Positions 24,294 to 37,340 of a stretch of 64,000 nucleotides of DNA are shown here, piece after piece; position 1 is the stretch's first letter; the number at the start of each line of letters is the position of its first letter. The stretch covers positions 1,535,236 through 1,599,235 of the forward strand of contig NMRA01000005.1 of NCBI GenBank assembly GCA_002633005.1. The letters run 5' to 3'. The position numbers were made by a program, and so were the translations under genes. The stretch is from Phoronis australis (Eukaryota > Animalia > Phoronida). Under the pieces are notes generated by a model. It ran no database searches. It saw only the letters and a list, made by a program, of their open reading frames with translations, and was not told the DNA's origin.

Positions 24294-27200
24294 CTCGCTG
24301 GTTCCCTGCGTGCCGCTAGGTGGGGCGCTAGCCGCACCAGCACGCAGGTATCACTTAATTTTCCTTGGGAATTTTTTTTGAACCCGGCGTTTCTGGTTGG
24401 CTAGTCGAATTCTCAACAGGCAGCGCTTTACGCAAACAAACTGGCATAAATGATGGACTTAAGTGTGAATGTGGTCTGCTGTACAGACAAATGGGTGCTT
24501 AAAATTTATGTTCAGGAAATGTGAAGCTTAGAAATTGTGATTGCGCCTTTTCGGAATGCATCTTTCTACTGTGGATGACTTTTGTTTACGATAGTGTCCT
24601 CTATTCATAGAGTAAACACCGGTTAAATCGGCCAGATATGTGTTTCTTGTACGTGTATGTGCTTCAAGCACGCGGCTATTAAGTACTAGTCCACGAGAGC
24701 ACCAGCCATGAGCGGCAAGGTGGGGGTCAGCCAATTTTCACCAAATTTGGCACATAGGTAGTCCTATGGGATCTATAAACAGCTGTAAAATATTTCCTCA
24801 AAATATTGCGTTTTTCTAAAGTTATAGGCTCAAACACATTTTACGGCTTCGCAGCCATGTTTTCACGGTATAAAAACTGTCCAGTTTTAACTGTTCATAT
24901 TTTTCCTTGAATGAAAGCTATTGATTTATTATTCACTTGGCATTGTTTAGTGGTGCCTGTAGATTGTTACACAGATGTCTTGAAACACGATTCCGATTTA
25001 CCACCCTCATTTAGTAGTTTTACTACACTGCCCCCCGTTATGCCATTTTGAGGTTGTGTTCAGTACACTGCTGTACCAAATCTGCCCCCACTGTTATGAG
25101 AATGAAACTTAGCCAAAATGTTGACAAAACATGTTACTTTCATTTCATAAAATAAAAACTTTGTCAGCCAGTTTATTAGTTATATATTTTGGCACCTCAA
25201 ATGTACTAAAATGAGAAATTTTCATATATCTGAAATCGATGCGTGAGCACCGTAAAATCCGATTGTCCTTCATGTTTTTCGATATTTTGCAACAAGTTAG
25301 TTCCTCCTGAATGTTTTGAACGTTTTACTACTGATCACTTAGGGCTACAGTACCCCTAAATACCATACATGGCTCCATTTTGTAAAAAGCCGATTATGTC
25401 CTCCACAGTGAACAGGGTTAGACATGAACTCGACAAATGTAGGTTATTTTGATTTACAGTTGTTTTACTTTGCAATTTCCTCATGGGTATTTCTTCACAC
25501 ATATTCAAGTCAGATTTTCTGTTGATCAAATGTTCATGCAATGCATTGTAATATCAAATGAAGGATAAGTTTGGTTGCATGACCGCAATTTTTCCCACGA
25601 CTTAAAACAAAAGACCGCAGAAATTTTCCTGACGAAATACCGGGTTTGCAGTTCTGTAAAAACATTCGAATGACAAGACAAACTCCACCACTGTCCATGG
25701 CAACTCGTCGCATGTTTTTCGCCCATCGGTCCTATCATTGTTTTCCTTTGTTGTGTCATTGTTGGATGTAACAACACGGGTCGCATGGATCTAGAACCTT
25801 GTGTACATCAGACCGTTGCCGATAAGTGCTCGTCATTATATCTTTATTATAACAACGGAAACAATGAAGATGCTAATCTATTGTTCTCTATGCGACCAGG
25901 TTTCCCGTGGATGACCACAGAAGAGGAATCCCAAAGTATCCACAAACAATGACCACGCACCTTAGTAACTATTACCGCGCACACGAATCCTTTCCGTGGA
26001 ACCTAAACACCAAATTTTTATATCCGTGTATTGTGTTGTATTGCTCATGGTACGGGTTCAGACTCTGTTGTATTAAGATTCCAATCCCCAACCCTGTAAT
26101 ATGTAGTTTGAGTAAAATTTCTAGACAATGCAGGTTTATGGATTTATTCTCCTTCAAATGAAGAGTAAAAATCAAATTCTGCACAGGTTTTTTAAAAGTA
26201 ATCACTTATTGGAAGATCACACATCTAAAAAATAAAACAATGTTTGACAATTTTATTCATTATCTTATTTGAAAATTGCCTACCTCACAGACAACTCATC
26301 TAAGTTGAAAATATTCCTTGTGAAAAAATATAAAATACCAACCAGAGACTTGTGTACTACAAAATATGTTTTCGTAATACAATGCAAAGATAACTGTACA
26401 GTCAAAAGTGCAAATGTTATGACTCTAATAAAAAATTGCCTTCTAGATCTTTTCAACACTCTAATTGCTACAGGACAGAGTCAACCACACAAAGCTCATA
26501 AAGTCAGGGAATTACATTTAAGGTGATGTAGTCTCACTGCGAAAAAGTGATTTCGCAATATCGCTGACAACACTGGAAATCTCTTCTTCACAAACTTGAG
26601 GTAGCTGTATTTACCACATCAATGTTCTTATCAAAACTAACCACCACAAAATGAAAAATTGGCTTGTCGGTTCCAATTAGGCAGCATTTTACAATGAAAT
26701 GGTCATGAAAAAATACTTTTGCAACATGGTTTGCATTACAATTGCCCTACGATTACAGTTGTACATACATACTAGACCAGTAACAAAATTACCCATGGGA
26801 ACCATAAAATGGTCAATTCGCCAAAAAAACAAGGAGCCACCAGAGCTAATGTGCCAATACTTTTCAGTACTGCAACAAAAAATCATTTGAAGTGGACATA
26901 AACTCGCCTAAAATCACATAAAACAACTTTTGATTTAGATATTTTACCATCACGAAATAGGTATTACTTCCAGGTCACTTTTGAGCAATTTCAGAACTTT
27001 GAAAGATCTGGCAATATGCAATTGCTAAAGACCAGACTAATAGTGTGCGATTTTATACACACAGCATGGTCTCAAGGAATAGCAAACTGTCAATTCGCTA
27101 CAATTCCAGAAATCACTTCCCATCTGGATAAGGAACAAACTGAGCAAAGTTTATAGAGGTAAATGGTCTAAATCAAAACTTATTACCTCCTGGACAGAAT

Positions 27201-29915
27201 ATGGGTTTACAACCCAGGTAGAAAGATAAGTTAACAAAACCAGCCTAACTGCAACAGGGTCTCAAATTTCAGTAATATATACCCATTTACAAACAAAAAT
27301 CTATAATGGTAAATAAAATGCGGAAACATAAATTCAGATCAATTATGCATCTTCAAGGAAAAGGAACAGTACAGTGGTCAGAAATCCTCTAAATGTGATG
27401 GCCACACTGAGAAATCCTGTCAGACCAAAAAATCCAGTGGCTAAACAAAATGAACAATGTACCATTACCATGTGGCCCAGGATCATGATCCGTGCCCGGA
27501 GAAAAATTCAGTCTTAGACTAGGTAAATTTTAGATTTGTGCTGTTCACACAAGCAGTTCTGGTGCAAACAAAGCTTGCGACAACACACAAGCCTACTTCC
27601 CTACACAGCTGTGCTGATACAATAATGCCCCCACTGGATTTAGCAGATCAGCCAGAGTATTTACAGGTCCAGCCACTGTACTGTTTCCTCCCATTGAATT
27701 TTTACAATGCTACATCCTTGAAAATCGCAGATTGCCTCTTTCTATGCATACTCCACTTCCTCTGTCCCAGTTTCCCCACATTTGTTGAGAGTGGCCTATC
27801 TCAACAAATTACTTTGGACCTGTTGTGGTATAAGCCAGTAATCTTTGGCAAATGCTTTTTCCCCAACTCGTTCCTCAAGCTACAAATTCTCTTTTACATA
27901 TCTTCTGGGAGTAGACTTTTCGGCCTCTCTCTAGCCCCCTCACTTAGTTGTCCAGAAGGGTATCTTCTCGCTGGTTGTGAAATTTTCCATACCCAACCTT
28001 TACTAATAATCGGCAAGTCTCCAACTTCAGCAGAAGCCACTTCTTCAGCATAAGCCTTTCCCGATTCCTAAAATTGTATTAATGAAAAATTAAACATATT
28101 AAATTTAATGTGGCCATTTCGGCTCACAAAATATGAATACCAAGCTAAAATAAGTGAAGGGACCAATATTTTTGACGGCTTTAGCATGTTTAATTAACTT
28201 CACAATCGCAGAAAATCATTGGTAGACAAAACATACTCCCTAGTCTCTAAAAGTATTTCATGGGCAGAAGTCATGTTACACATTTGGTGGTTGTTATGAA
28301 AAGTTATGATGACAACCTTATTTTCTATGCCATTGTATACATGTAGTTGCATAAACATCAACACATTTGGATAAGATATGATTAAGCAATAAGGCCAAAG
28401 CTATAAGCAATCACTTTGTGTCAATAAAAGTATTTTTGCATGAATGACGGGCTTCTAAAAATATTCCTCAGGGTGAGACCCTGGAGTTTAGTGATTCCTA
28501 CCTGAGCTCACACGAAGCAGGACGTTGAACCTTGACTTTAAACGTCTTTGGTAATTTTTCAGACCTCTATCAGATTTCTCCTCTAGTGTGCAGTGAATGT
28601 TCTAAGTGTCTTTGGCGACGCCAACATATCTCGAGTGTTGTAACGATGATTCGGGCAAGTGAACCTAATACGGTAGATTATGTAGCTCCTGCTGCACACA
28701 GTGCCTCCGAGGCAGACACTGAGACAGACTACTCAGGAGGACACGTTCCACCTCCACATCAGCTCCACGTACTCTTATAAGGTGCTCAAATGTCTCGCTC
28801 TATACCTTGTGTATTTCCCTAGAGTTTCCAAAGTTGTTTCTCCCCGCAATTTGTAGAAATACCACATTCGATGCGACTGGCAGTGCCAGATAAATAGATA
28901 AATTCGTAAACCCGCACTTTAGGTCAGCCATCATTCAACTAACGCATTGTAAGCTTTAGTTTGGTATTCAGACGAATTGGATGAACAAATTTAGTATAAT
29001 TTCATATTTTATTGGGAAATGCTAGTGTCCTTAAAATTAATTAAAAACATTTAAGCAAACCAATTGTTTTAATTGTTGTATTATACCACGGCATATTAAT
29101 GCGTAGAAACGGCGCACAACTAGTGACTGGTTTAACATGACAAATACACATACGCGGTCTGAAAATAGTGAAATTCAGACACCTATTACCAAGCTTGCCT
29201 GAAGGGCTGACAAAGTTTTTATTGTATTAATTTCAAGGGCATGGAGTCTTCTACATGTCCATGTTATTATTTTTAGTTTTCTCGTGGGGGCAGCTTCGCT
29301 ATAAGGGTACAGCTTACTGCTGCTTTTTCACAAGACGGAAACGTACCTCCACGGAAACAGTTCCAGTGTTACCATGGTAACCGATATTGCAGTGTCGGTG
29401 CCGTTTTTACTGACATTGGTCATGAACCTATCATGTGATATCAAAATTGTTCAGAAATGATTCTGTTTGAAGCAGAAACTGGAGTAGAAAATTTGGTCAA
29501 AAATGACTCATTCCACACCAAGAAATTGCCTCATTTTGCCCCCCAGAACACTTCCCTTGTATCTCCTAAACCACCAAACTTTGTGGTGTCATACTTCCCT
29601 CATTTTCTCTCATCCCTAATGTGATTTATCAGACTAAACATGGATCTGAATGGTTGACCCCCCACCTTGCCGCTTGTTGGCTGTACTGTGGTCGGTGGAT
29701 CCGTGGACTGATACTTAAACATCACTGCAGAAACGAAATAGATGCTGCGACGCCACTTGCATGACAAGGCTAAAGATTGTTCACAGTCCGCCATTTTTTC
29801 ACGGTGTTGTAACGCTAACTACTGACTGCCGAGGTTGCATCGACGAATGCAAAAGCGCGTGCCACTGCGTGATACCTGCGTGCCGGCTGGGTTAAGCACG
29901 CAGGGAACCAGCGAG
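24294..29915. mobile_element. 5.6-kb TIR DNA transposon with 9-bp TSD (MULE- or AcademH-like; superfamily unresolved)
   Basis: TIR CTCGCTGGTTCCCTGCGTGC and its reverse complement GCACGCAGGGAACCAGCGAG, plus subterminal GCACGCAGGTATCAC and GTGATACCTGCGTGC; flanks CGAATGGCT and CAAATGGCT. Confidence 0.8.
27800..28067 (-). pseudogene. Degenerate coding remnant inside the 9-bp-TSD element
   Basis: After an acceptor TTTTAG: ESGKAYAEEVASAEVGDLPIISKGWVWKISQPARRYP...PEDM*KRICSLRNELGKK / AFAKDYWLIPQQVQSNLLR. Recalls a GWAxK...F...WLTxxQI motif of invertebrate transposon-associated proteins (from memory, unverified). Confidence 0.4.
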
Positions 29916-30780
29916 CAAATGGCTAAACCAATCGGCGCCATCTTGAGGTTTGAGACTAGGCTGCGACGAATGTTCGATTCACACCAAGTATTGTTATTTC
30001 ACAGGAGACATACTCTTCCAAAGTAACGTAATTGCATCCTCACGCTTTCTGCGTGTTAAAATTACAATAAATCATCTGCAATATCCCCTGACGGCCGTAT
30101 TATACATGTACTTTGGCAACTGAAACTAACCCGCCTGTACTGCCTAAAACAAATGACGACCTGACAAATCTTTTCCAGAGTATAGGTCATTTCTAATTTG
30201 AACAAGGACAAGGTGAGACAGACTTAATAACAGTTTTTGACAGAATAGATCTAAGGAGCGGTTTATTGCCCCCCTTAACATGGACCAACCCGGACGTTTC
30301 TACTTAATTATTCGACTTCAAATTTCTCAAAAACGATGCTGAACTAGAACCGACTTGAACTAAACGGAAAGAAATGTGAAGTAACCAAGAATGAAATTAA
30401 TTCTTCACACGTGTGTCAGCGTCTAGAGTTGCATAAAGGTTCTCGAATGGTGTTGAACGAAAACTGAGATTACAGGAATATTATCGAAACAAAAAGTACG
30501 CTGTAACTCAATCGATACATGCCGAAAGTATGGATGATGTAATGTTGCATTTCTCTTCGTTTAGCAGGCTAAAATAAAAAAAATAAATGATCATTTACTC
30601 CCACGAAATAAGTGGTGTTATAATATTGCTTGCCGTGATAGGATTCCATTTTTGATAGCAACTCAAGTCAATGACACTGCGTACACGAGCTTTTTTTTCC
30701 AATAAGCAGGTTTATGGTTGGCCAACACCAATGAGCTCTGAAGTGTTTTCTCGAGTCGCTAATGATTTCGACGCTAGTAT

Positions 30781-31492
30781 CGGTAACGGAAATAAATTCC
30801 TATCACGATCAGGGACATTATGAGACCGATTGTATGAAAGCAAAATGCCTGATTAGATTTTCATTTGAAGCCGAGCTAAACAGGCCGAAATGCACACTGC
30901 GAGACACACCCTGCGTGAAATCGAGCTCAATTCCGCAAAGTACTGCCATCATTAATATGCACCCTGTTTCCAAAACTTGTGTTTTATTTTCATAGTTTTG
31001 TGACGCGAACATAATAATCGCACGCTGGTCATGCCCAACTGAAACGTGACTGTAAAAGTAAGTGCGAGTATAATACATGAACTGCAGCTAATCCAGCTCA
31101 CTGAAAAACGGCGGGCAGTTTGACGATAAAAAGTCTGAGCGCCTCTGCAATTAGAGTAAATAAGATAACGATTTGCTTTTTTTTGTGATGACAATTATAG
31201 TTTCGAAACCAAAACAGAGAGACAGTAAAATCCTAAAATAGACAACTCCGAGGTAAGGGCTACGCTCTTTACAAATCAAAGTCGGAAGAAAACCCAGCGG
31301 CCACTTACAAAACATACGGGTTAGGCAGTGAACGATACCACCGCCGCCGTCGAAAACACTGTCTACAAAATGATCTTTTTCATTTTAGGTCAAACACATG
31401 TTTGCCTTTTAATTATGCTCACTCTACTAAAGGTGGGATTTCATCTTCCTGACTCTTGGGGTGGGTATCCTAATTTTTCAACGCCAAACCTC
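30781..31492 (+). repeat. Local direct duplication, copy 1
   Basis: Collinear with 32291-34082 (e.g. GAGACACACCCTG, GAGCGCCTCTGCAATTAGA, GGTGGGTATCCTAATTTTTCAACGCCAAACCTC). Confidence 0.8.
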
Positions 31493-32290
31493 CCGTCAAT
31501 ATGCACACTCGATTTTGGTGTGCGCTTTAGGATGTCAGTCCGTTACTACCAAAATCGAGCGAAGCACATCTAAAACTAAAATGGGGCAAAATAAACTTGA
31601 GAACTGAACACTTGGTCTCTGAAAGCGTTGCTTGTCAGAGTAGGTTGAAACCGTCCGGTGGATACTCTACTAAATACACAATTGTGTCAGCGTGCACAGC
31701 TGTGCAGGAAAGTAGTTGCGCGCGTTGTTTCTACAAGAATTGCTGTGCACACAAGACTAAATTTGAGCAGCCACCGAGCTTGATCCTGCACCAGTGGACT
31801 GAGTTGGTGTAACTTAATGGTGATAGTGCGCGGCATTCATGATGTTGACCACAGCATTTTTCAGTGTGGCTATTAGATTTAGCGGTCAGAAAAGACTACC
31901 ATTATTTGCAGATTTGTAAATGATCTGAATTTATATTTCCAAACGTTTTTGATTTTTACGAATTAGGTTTGATTTCTCTATAAACTATTTTTTGCCATTT
32001 CCTAAGCCCATGTCGGGGAAAGGGCAAAAAATAGTTAATAGAAAAACCAAGCCTTTTCCCTAATTTTTCAGTTTCTGTGCACTTAGCTAGTTCCCGTTTC
32101 CACCGACAGGTTTGATTTTCCAAACAAGTTAGGTTTGATTTTCGAAATGATTGATTCTTACGAATGTGTTTTGATATTTCTATTAACTTTTTACCCTCTC
32201 CGCGGCCCATAGATGTCAACCAACCAGTTAAGGGATCTCGTAACATTCACGCAATGGCCTCGAATTCTAACCTGTTGACTAAAAAAAAAA

Positions 32291-34082
32291 CGGTAACGGA
32301 AACGGAACCTTATCACGATCAGGAATATTACAAGATCGATTTTATGAGAGTAAAGTGCCTGGTTCGATTTTCGGTTGAAGCCGAGCTGCACAAGGTGAAA
32401 TACAGCTTTGTTTTACGATGGTTTATTTTCCAACTAAGTCAACTATTACGTGAGACACACCCTGAGTGAAATCGAGCTCAATTTCGCAGAGTATTGTCAC
32501 CATTAACCTGTTTCCAAACTCTGTGTTTTATATTCATTTTTGTGTCATGGACATAATTATCACACGCTGGTCATGCACAACTAAAATGTGACTCTGAAAG
32601 TGCGAGAAAACATACGAAATGTTCTTAAGTCAGTTCATATGCGTTAACCGGGAAGCAATACCGAAGCTAGTTTACAGTGAAACAACAACGTGAGGATGAG
32701 ATAAAAGGTCCATATATATTATGACAAACTAGATACTGAAAAAGGGGAGCAGCTTGACGGTCTAAACTTTGAGCGCCTCTGCAATTAGACTAAGTAAGAC
32801 AATGACTTATGACACTTATAGCAGCGGTGGATCTAGGATATCACAAGGGGGGGCAACATTTTGTCTGTAAACATTTGCTCAAAACGACGATTATAGATGC
32901 GCATAGCACGGAATGGGGGGGGAGGTCGCGAGGGGGGTTTGCCCCAGGAAATGTTTCTGTTTTTTCCTCTAAAAATCAAGCATTTTCCTTGATTCCTGAA
33001 ATATTATCCAAGAAAAAAGGCAAAAAATTAAAAAAAATATAAAAAATAAACAAAAACACGGAGAACGTGTCAAACAGGAAAAACTGCAAGGATCACAGAC
33101 TCGTGCACCACCACGACTCATACTTTGATAATAAGAGACCTACTTGTTTATGGTTCACAGCATTTGCGCGCGAAACCTCCATCTTTTTTAATGCTTATTA
33201 CATGTTTTATATTTTGTGCAATCAGTTCGTAACACATTTGTTGTATTTAAAACAGTCTTCAATTGCCCAAAAGACCAAATCCGTTTTTTGTGTTGGCAAT
33301 AATGACGCGATTGCTTAGGAAATCGTGTTAAGCTAAGGTTTGACAAAGAAAGAACTATGAGTTTCTGAGTGATTCACTAAAGCTTCGATTAAAAGTGACA
33401 TCTTACCAGCAGCTTCTGTTTTTTCATCATCACTCAGATTTCATTTTCTTTAAAAAATGAAGTAGGCCTAATTTTCTTCATTGCACAGTGGAGCAGACGA
33501 CGGAAACGGAGTCGTAGTGCCCAGCGCCACTGCCGGTCGCCTGAGATATCGCGGGAGAGCCTATACTTAGCCATAGTACCGTTACGATTGCGCCGTATTC
33601 CGAATTTGACACTTGAAATTGGATCTGAGCCCCCCCCTCCCAACACTAAAACTGCACGCATTTAAATCCTGTTTCAGCCGTACAATTTTAATTTCCGGGG
33701 TTAATTAATAAACTCAACATTTCCCTACGCTCTTGCCGTTTTATTTTTTTTGCGACAGCCAAGGGGGGGGAGGCCTTCTGCCCCCCCCAAATGCTCCTAT
33801 GTCTTGGTTTGAAATCAAAACTGATGGACAGTCAAATTCTAAAATTGCAAACGCCGTCATAAGTGTTACGACCTTTACAAATCCTAAGTAAAATCGATTA
33901 AAAACCCAGCTGGCCAAGCAGTGAACGACACCATCGCCGCCGCCACACAACACTCTACAAAATGACATCTTTTTCATTATAGGTCCAACTGTTTGCCACT
34001 TATTATGCTGACTCTACTGAAGGTGGGTTTTCATCTTCCTGGCTCTTGAGGTGGGTATCCTAATTTTTCAACGCCAAACCTC
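32291..34082 (+). repeat. Local direct duplication, copy 2, with a ~1-kb MITE-like insertion at ~32822-33801
   Basis: Same anchors as copy 1; the insert begins CAGCGGTGGATCT and ends AAATGCTCCTATG, and is absent from copy 1. Confidence 0.75.
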
Positions 34083-34371
34083 TCAGAGATACTCAAGTGC
34101 CCCCAAAGTTATGAAACGCCAAGCATACAATTACCAATTTATTTTAGTTAATATTTTCAAAAAAAGCATATAGCATATTCATGACAAAATGTTTAGGCCT
34201 AAGGAAAAGCTACATGGATATTAGTCTTATTTTTGCAATGATTTGAAATTAAAAGAATAACATCGATTAACATCAATATTTTTGAACAATTTGGGACTTG
34301 ACTGTCAAATGTTGAAAATATGCTATTCACAAAAACCTTCAGGATTTCCAAAAACTTGTTTTCTTTCTGAC

Positions 34372-34521
34372 AATCACGTCAGCGCTTTTTAGAACACCAA
34401 TGTCGTTACTAACTAAATTGGGATTTCTACCAACCATTCCTCCGAAAATAGTGTCTGACGTCTTTGGTGGTTCTTGAATTCCTACATCCTCGAAAGTGAT
34501 CTCGGGCACGTCATCGGACAT
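34372..34521 (-). CDS. Probable first coding exon of the multi-pass membrane protein
   Basis: AAAATG start; 50 codons MSDDVPEITFEDVGIQEPPKTSDTIFGGMVGRNPNLVSNDIGVLKSADVI; putative phase-0 donor GTCAGA compatible with exon 20011-19849. The RNPNLxxxDIG motif is recalled from the same invertebrate family as the ERxYEL motif (unverified). Confidence 0.6.
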
Positions 34522-35487
34522 TTTGATCCACCTGTGTTCAATGCAGCACAGCAAGAAATTTACATCATCTTCAAATGCGCTTACTCTTGACAACTACGTC
34601 AAGTTAGACGGACCGGAGAACGGAACAATACTTTCAATATCAGATGTCAGGTGATCTGACGTTCCGCTCCGGAAATACTAGCAGCGGATGTTGTGAATGC
34701 AAATTATCGAGGTGGTACAGATAAGTAAAACTATATCACATGTCGTGAACACATCCACTACCACAAGAAATTGTAGGAACACCGCATTTATCCACTGTCA
34801 CTCTTATCAGGCTTCTATTGTGAGTCAGCATGAGTGAATGATTGGCTGATAAGCCACCTATGGAACTACTTTTGGCTGAATGGATGACCAGGCCATAAAA
34901 TGGTAATTAGCCAAGACCAGTTAACTAATGCAACAAAGAATAATGTCGTAGCATCACCTAGCCTTGGTGGAAAGCTGTATACTGTATTGGCTCTAGCTAA
35001 TAAACGCTTAGAAAAATTCATTTCACTGGGAGGGGACGCTTATTGTAGCCTAAGGCAGTTGAAACCCGGTTTCCGAAACGAGTAAAATCGGAAGCTAGGA
35101 TTCATCAAATTTACGCTCTGTGACGTATTTGTACCTTATGACAGTCTTTCTACAAAATTGTGGTGCATTGCTATCAAACTCCGCTTTTAAATTACGATCA
35201 TTTTTCAAAAAATTGTACCCCACAACACGAGAAAATCTCTGGATGAACACACGTTGTTGTCACGTAACGTTTGTTTTGATGTTCGTCTGCGTATGAGAGT
35301 GAGTGCGTGTGCGGGTCATCGACGACAGACTTTTTTGTTAGAAAAGGCGGATTATGCAAGAAAATGACGTTTACTAGATAGTTTTTCACTTAAACGGCTG
35401 CAACGTGCAAGGTGAGTGCCGGTTAACTCACAGATTTTGTGTGCACAGTCCGACGGCCGTTAGCTCTACCGTGGAGTAAAACATTAA

Positions 35488-36659
35488 CAGCCGATTTCAT
35501 AAATAAGGTTTAACAAAACCAGATTTAAGACTTAAACCTGGTCGTCCTACTCCTGGTCTAGTTTTAGACCCAATTTGCATTTCACCAACGTGGTTTAAGC
35601 TGAAAGGCTTGTTTTGTTAGACCAGGGAACCGGTTTAGTAAAACCAGATTAAAAGTATCTAAGCCACCCTGCTGTGTCAATCTGGATTAACCCAACAAAG
35701 AAACTATTGAAGTGCTTCAATGAAACCACGATCACGTGGGTATACAATGGCATACACTAGTGGAATCAGTGCAGACATTTGCGAAAAAGGTGTAAAAGCT
35801 TTTCCCATGAGGAAAAATGTAATGTGTGTGACCAACACGCGTATGCACACATTAAAGTAGGCTACATACTCACGATTAGCCGTAATATCATAAAGGTCCA
35901 CATTTATTTCCGTGCCATTTTAGTGTTCATTTTTTGCGGCCAAAGGGGGTGCAAGACCCCTTCCCGGCAACATTAAATCGGAGACCAATGGAGGTGGAAC
36001 TCAGAAGAATCAGAAAATGCTGTCTTCAGTCCAACCCGTAGCGCTTATGACGATGACGCCCTGCTCGACCAGTCGTATTCTGAAGAATCCGCAGGACACT
36101 ATCCAGCACGAACTGGTCTACACATAGGCGGATCCAAGGGGGTCAAGGGGTCCGGACTCCCTTTTTGCTTGATTTTAGTGAGATCAAATCTATAATCTTC
36201 AAATCGTTGACTTGGTTCCCCCTTTTAAAAAGTCCTTGACTGACCCCTCCCTTTAAAAGTCGCAGATCCGCCCCTGCTACGTTTGATCTTGTGTCTTCGT
36301 AAAACTGAATTTTGAAAACAGTCCATTTTCGCTCTAAAACTGCGTCGTAAATGCACACCACGGCCTCACTTAGTTGCACCTGTATCATGAAAGTCTGTCA
36401 TATTTTATAGTTAAACCTAGGTCTGACCAAGTCTTAAGTTAAACCTGGTTTAAGATCTTAATACAGATCTAAAGAATATAGACTTCGTTGGTGAAATGAA
36501 AACTCACTTAGACCAGGTCTAAATAGGCGTTAAACCAGGTTTTACTAGACCACTGGTCTAAAAGTTAAGCCACTTTATGAAATGCAGATTATCTTTAAGC
36601 CTGGTCTAAGTGCAGTTTAATCCAGGTTTAACTTTAATCCACCTTTATGAAATTGGCTG
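35488..36659. mobile_element. Harbinger-like MITE with subterminal TTAAACCWGGT repeats
   Basis: TIRs CAGCCGATTTCATAAA and TTTATGAAATTGGCTG; multiple AAACCAGGT/AAACCTGGT subterminal repeats at both ends. Confidence 0.65.
36123..36276. mobile_element. hAT-type MITE with 5-bp TSD, nested in the Harbinger-like MITE
   Basis: CATAGGCGGATC...GATCCGCCCCTG; flanks CTACA and CTACG. Confidence 0.7.
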
Positions 36660-36869
36660 TATAAGTCTAAGTGATGTGGCTCAGTTTCGGGAGTGCCGAC
36701 CATTTTGGTCAAAGTCATGTGAGGAGGCATTTTGAGAAGTTTGAACCAATACGTGATCACGGCAACACAGTGGTTAGTAAATAACGGCAAACGCCGACAT
36801 GCGCTCAGTGCAGCATTGTTTCAGCATGAATTAGCTATACCCAAAACACGCCTGCAAAATTTAATTTGC

Positions 36870-37340
36870 ACTTGTTCTAACCAGTTGTATTCTTGTAAGC
36901 CCCATATTTCTGCTCCATAGCATGAGCTGGGGTAAATTATTTATCAAATGTCTCAAAAGCCACACGTGGTTGAAATATGGTCCAGCTTCTTTGTAGCTTG
37001 TCGACTGTAATGGCTACTTCCGTGGCTTGGGCTGACAGGGTCTGAGCAGCCATAGTCCACAATAACTTTGGCGTGAACACAACACCAAGATACTTGTAGC
37101 TGGCATGGAAATCACTTCGAGTTTTTCACCTCCAAATTACCACATCTCGCAATTTCTCAAGCGACCTCCGTTTCTAAACATCATAACTGTGGTCTTCACT
37201 AAATTTACAGACACGATCCATTCCTGCGAGAACTTACTTAAAGCACACGGTAGTTTTTGCAGTTTAACTGGAGATTAAGTACACAAAGCCATATCATCAG
37301 CATAACACAAAACTTTCACATCGGAAACATTTTGACATAG
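36870..37340 (-). mobile_element. LINE reverse-transcriptase fragment
   Basis: Minus strand gives CYADDMAL (~37308-37285), YKYLGVVF (~37099-37076) and DYGCS, which are non-LTR RT motifs; frames are broken. Confidence 0.7.

Noticed and set aside
27538-28053. 171-aa + strand ORF
   Set aside because: No recognisable motif; the coding-like signal is on the opposite strand within a transposon.
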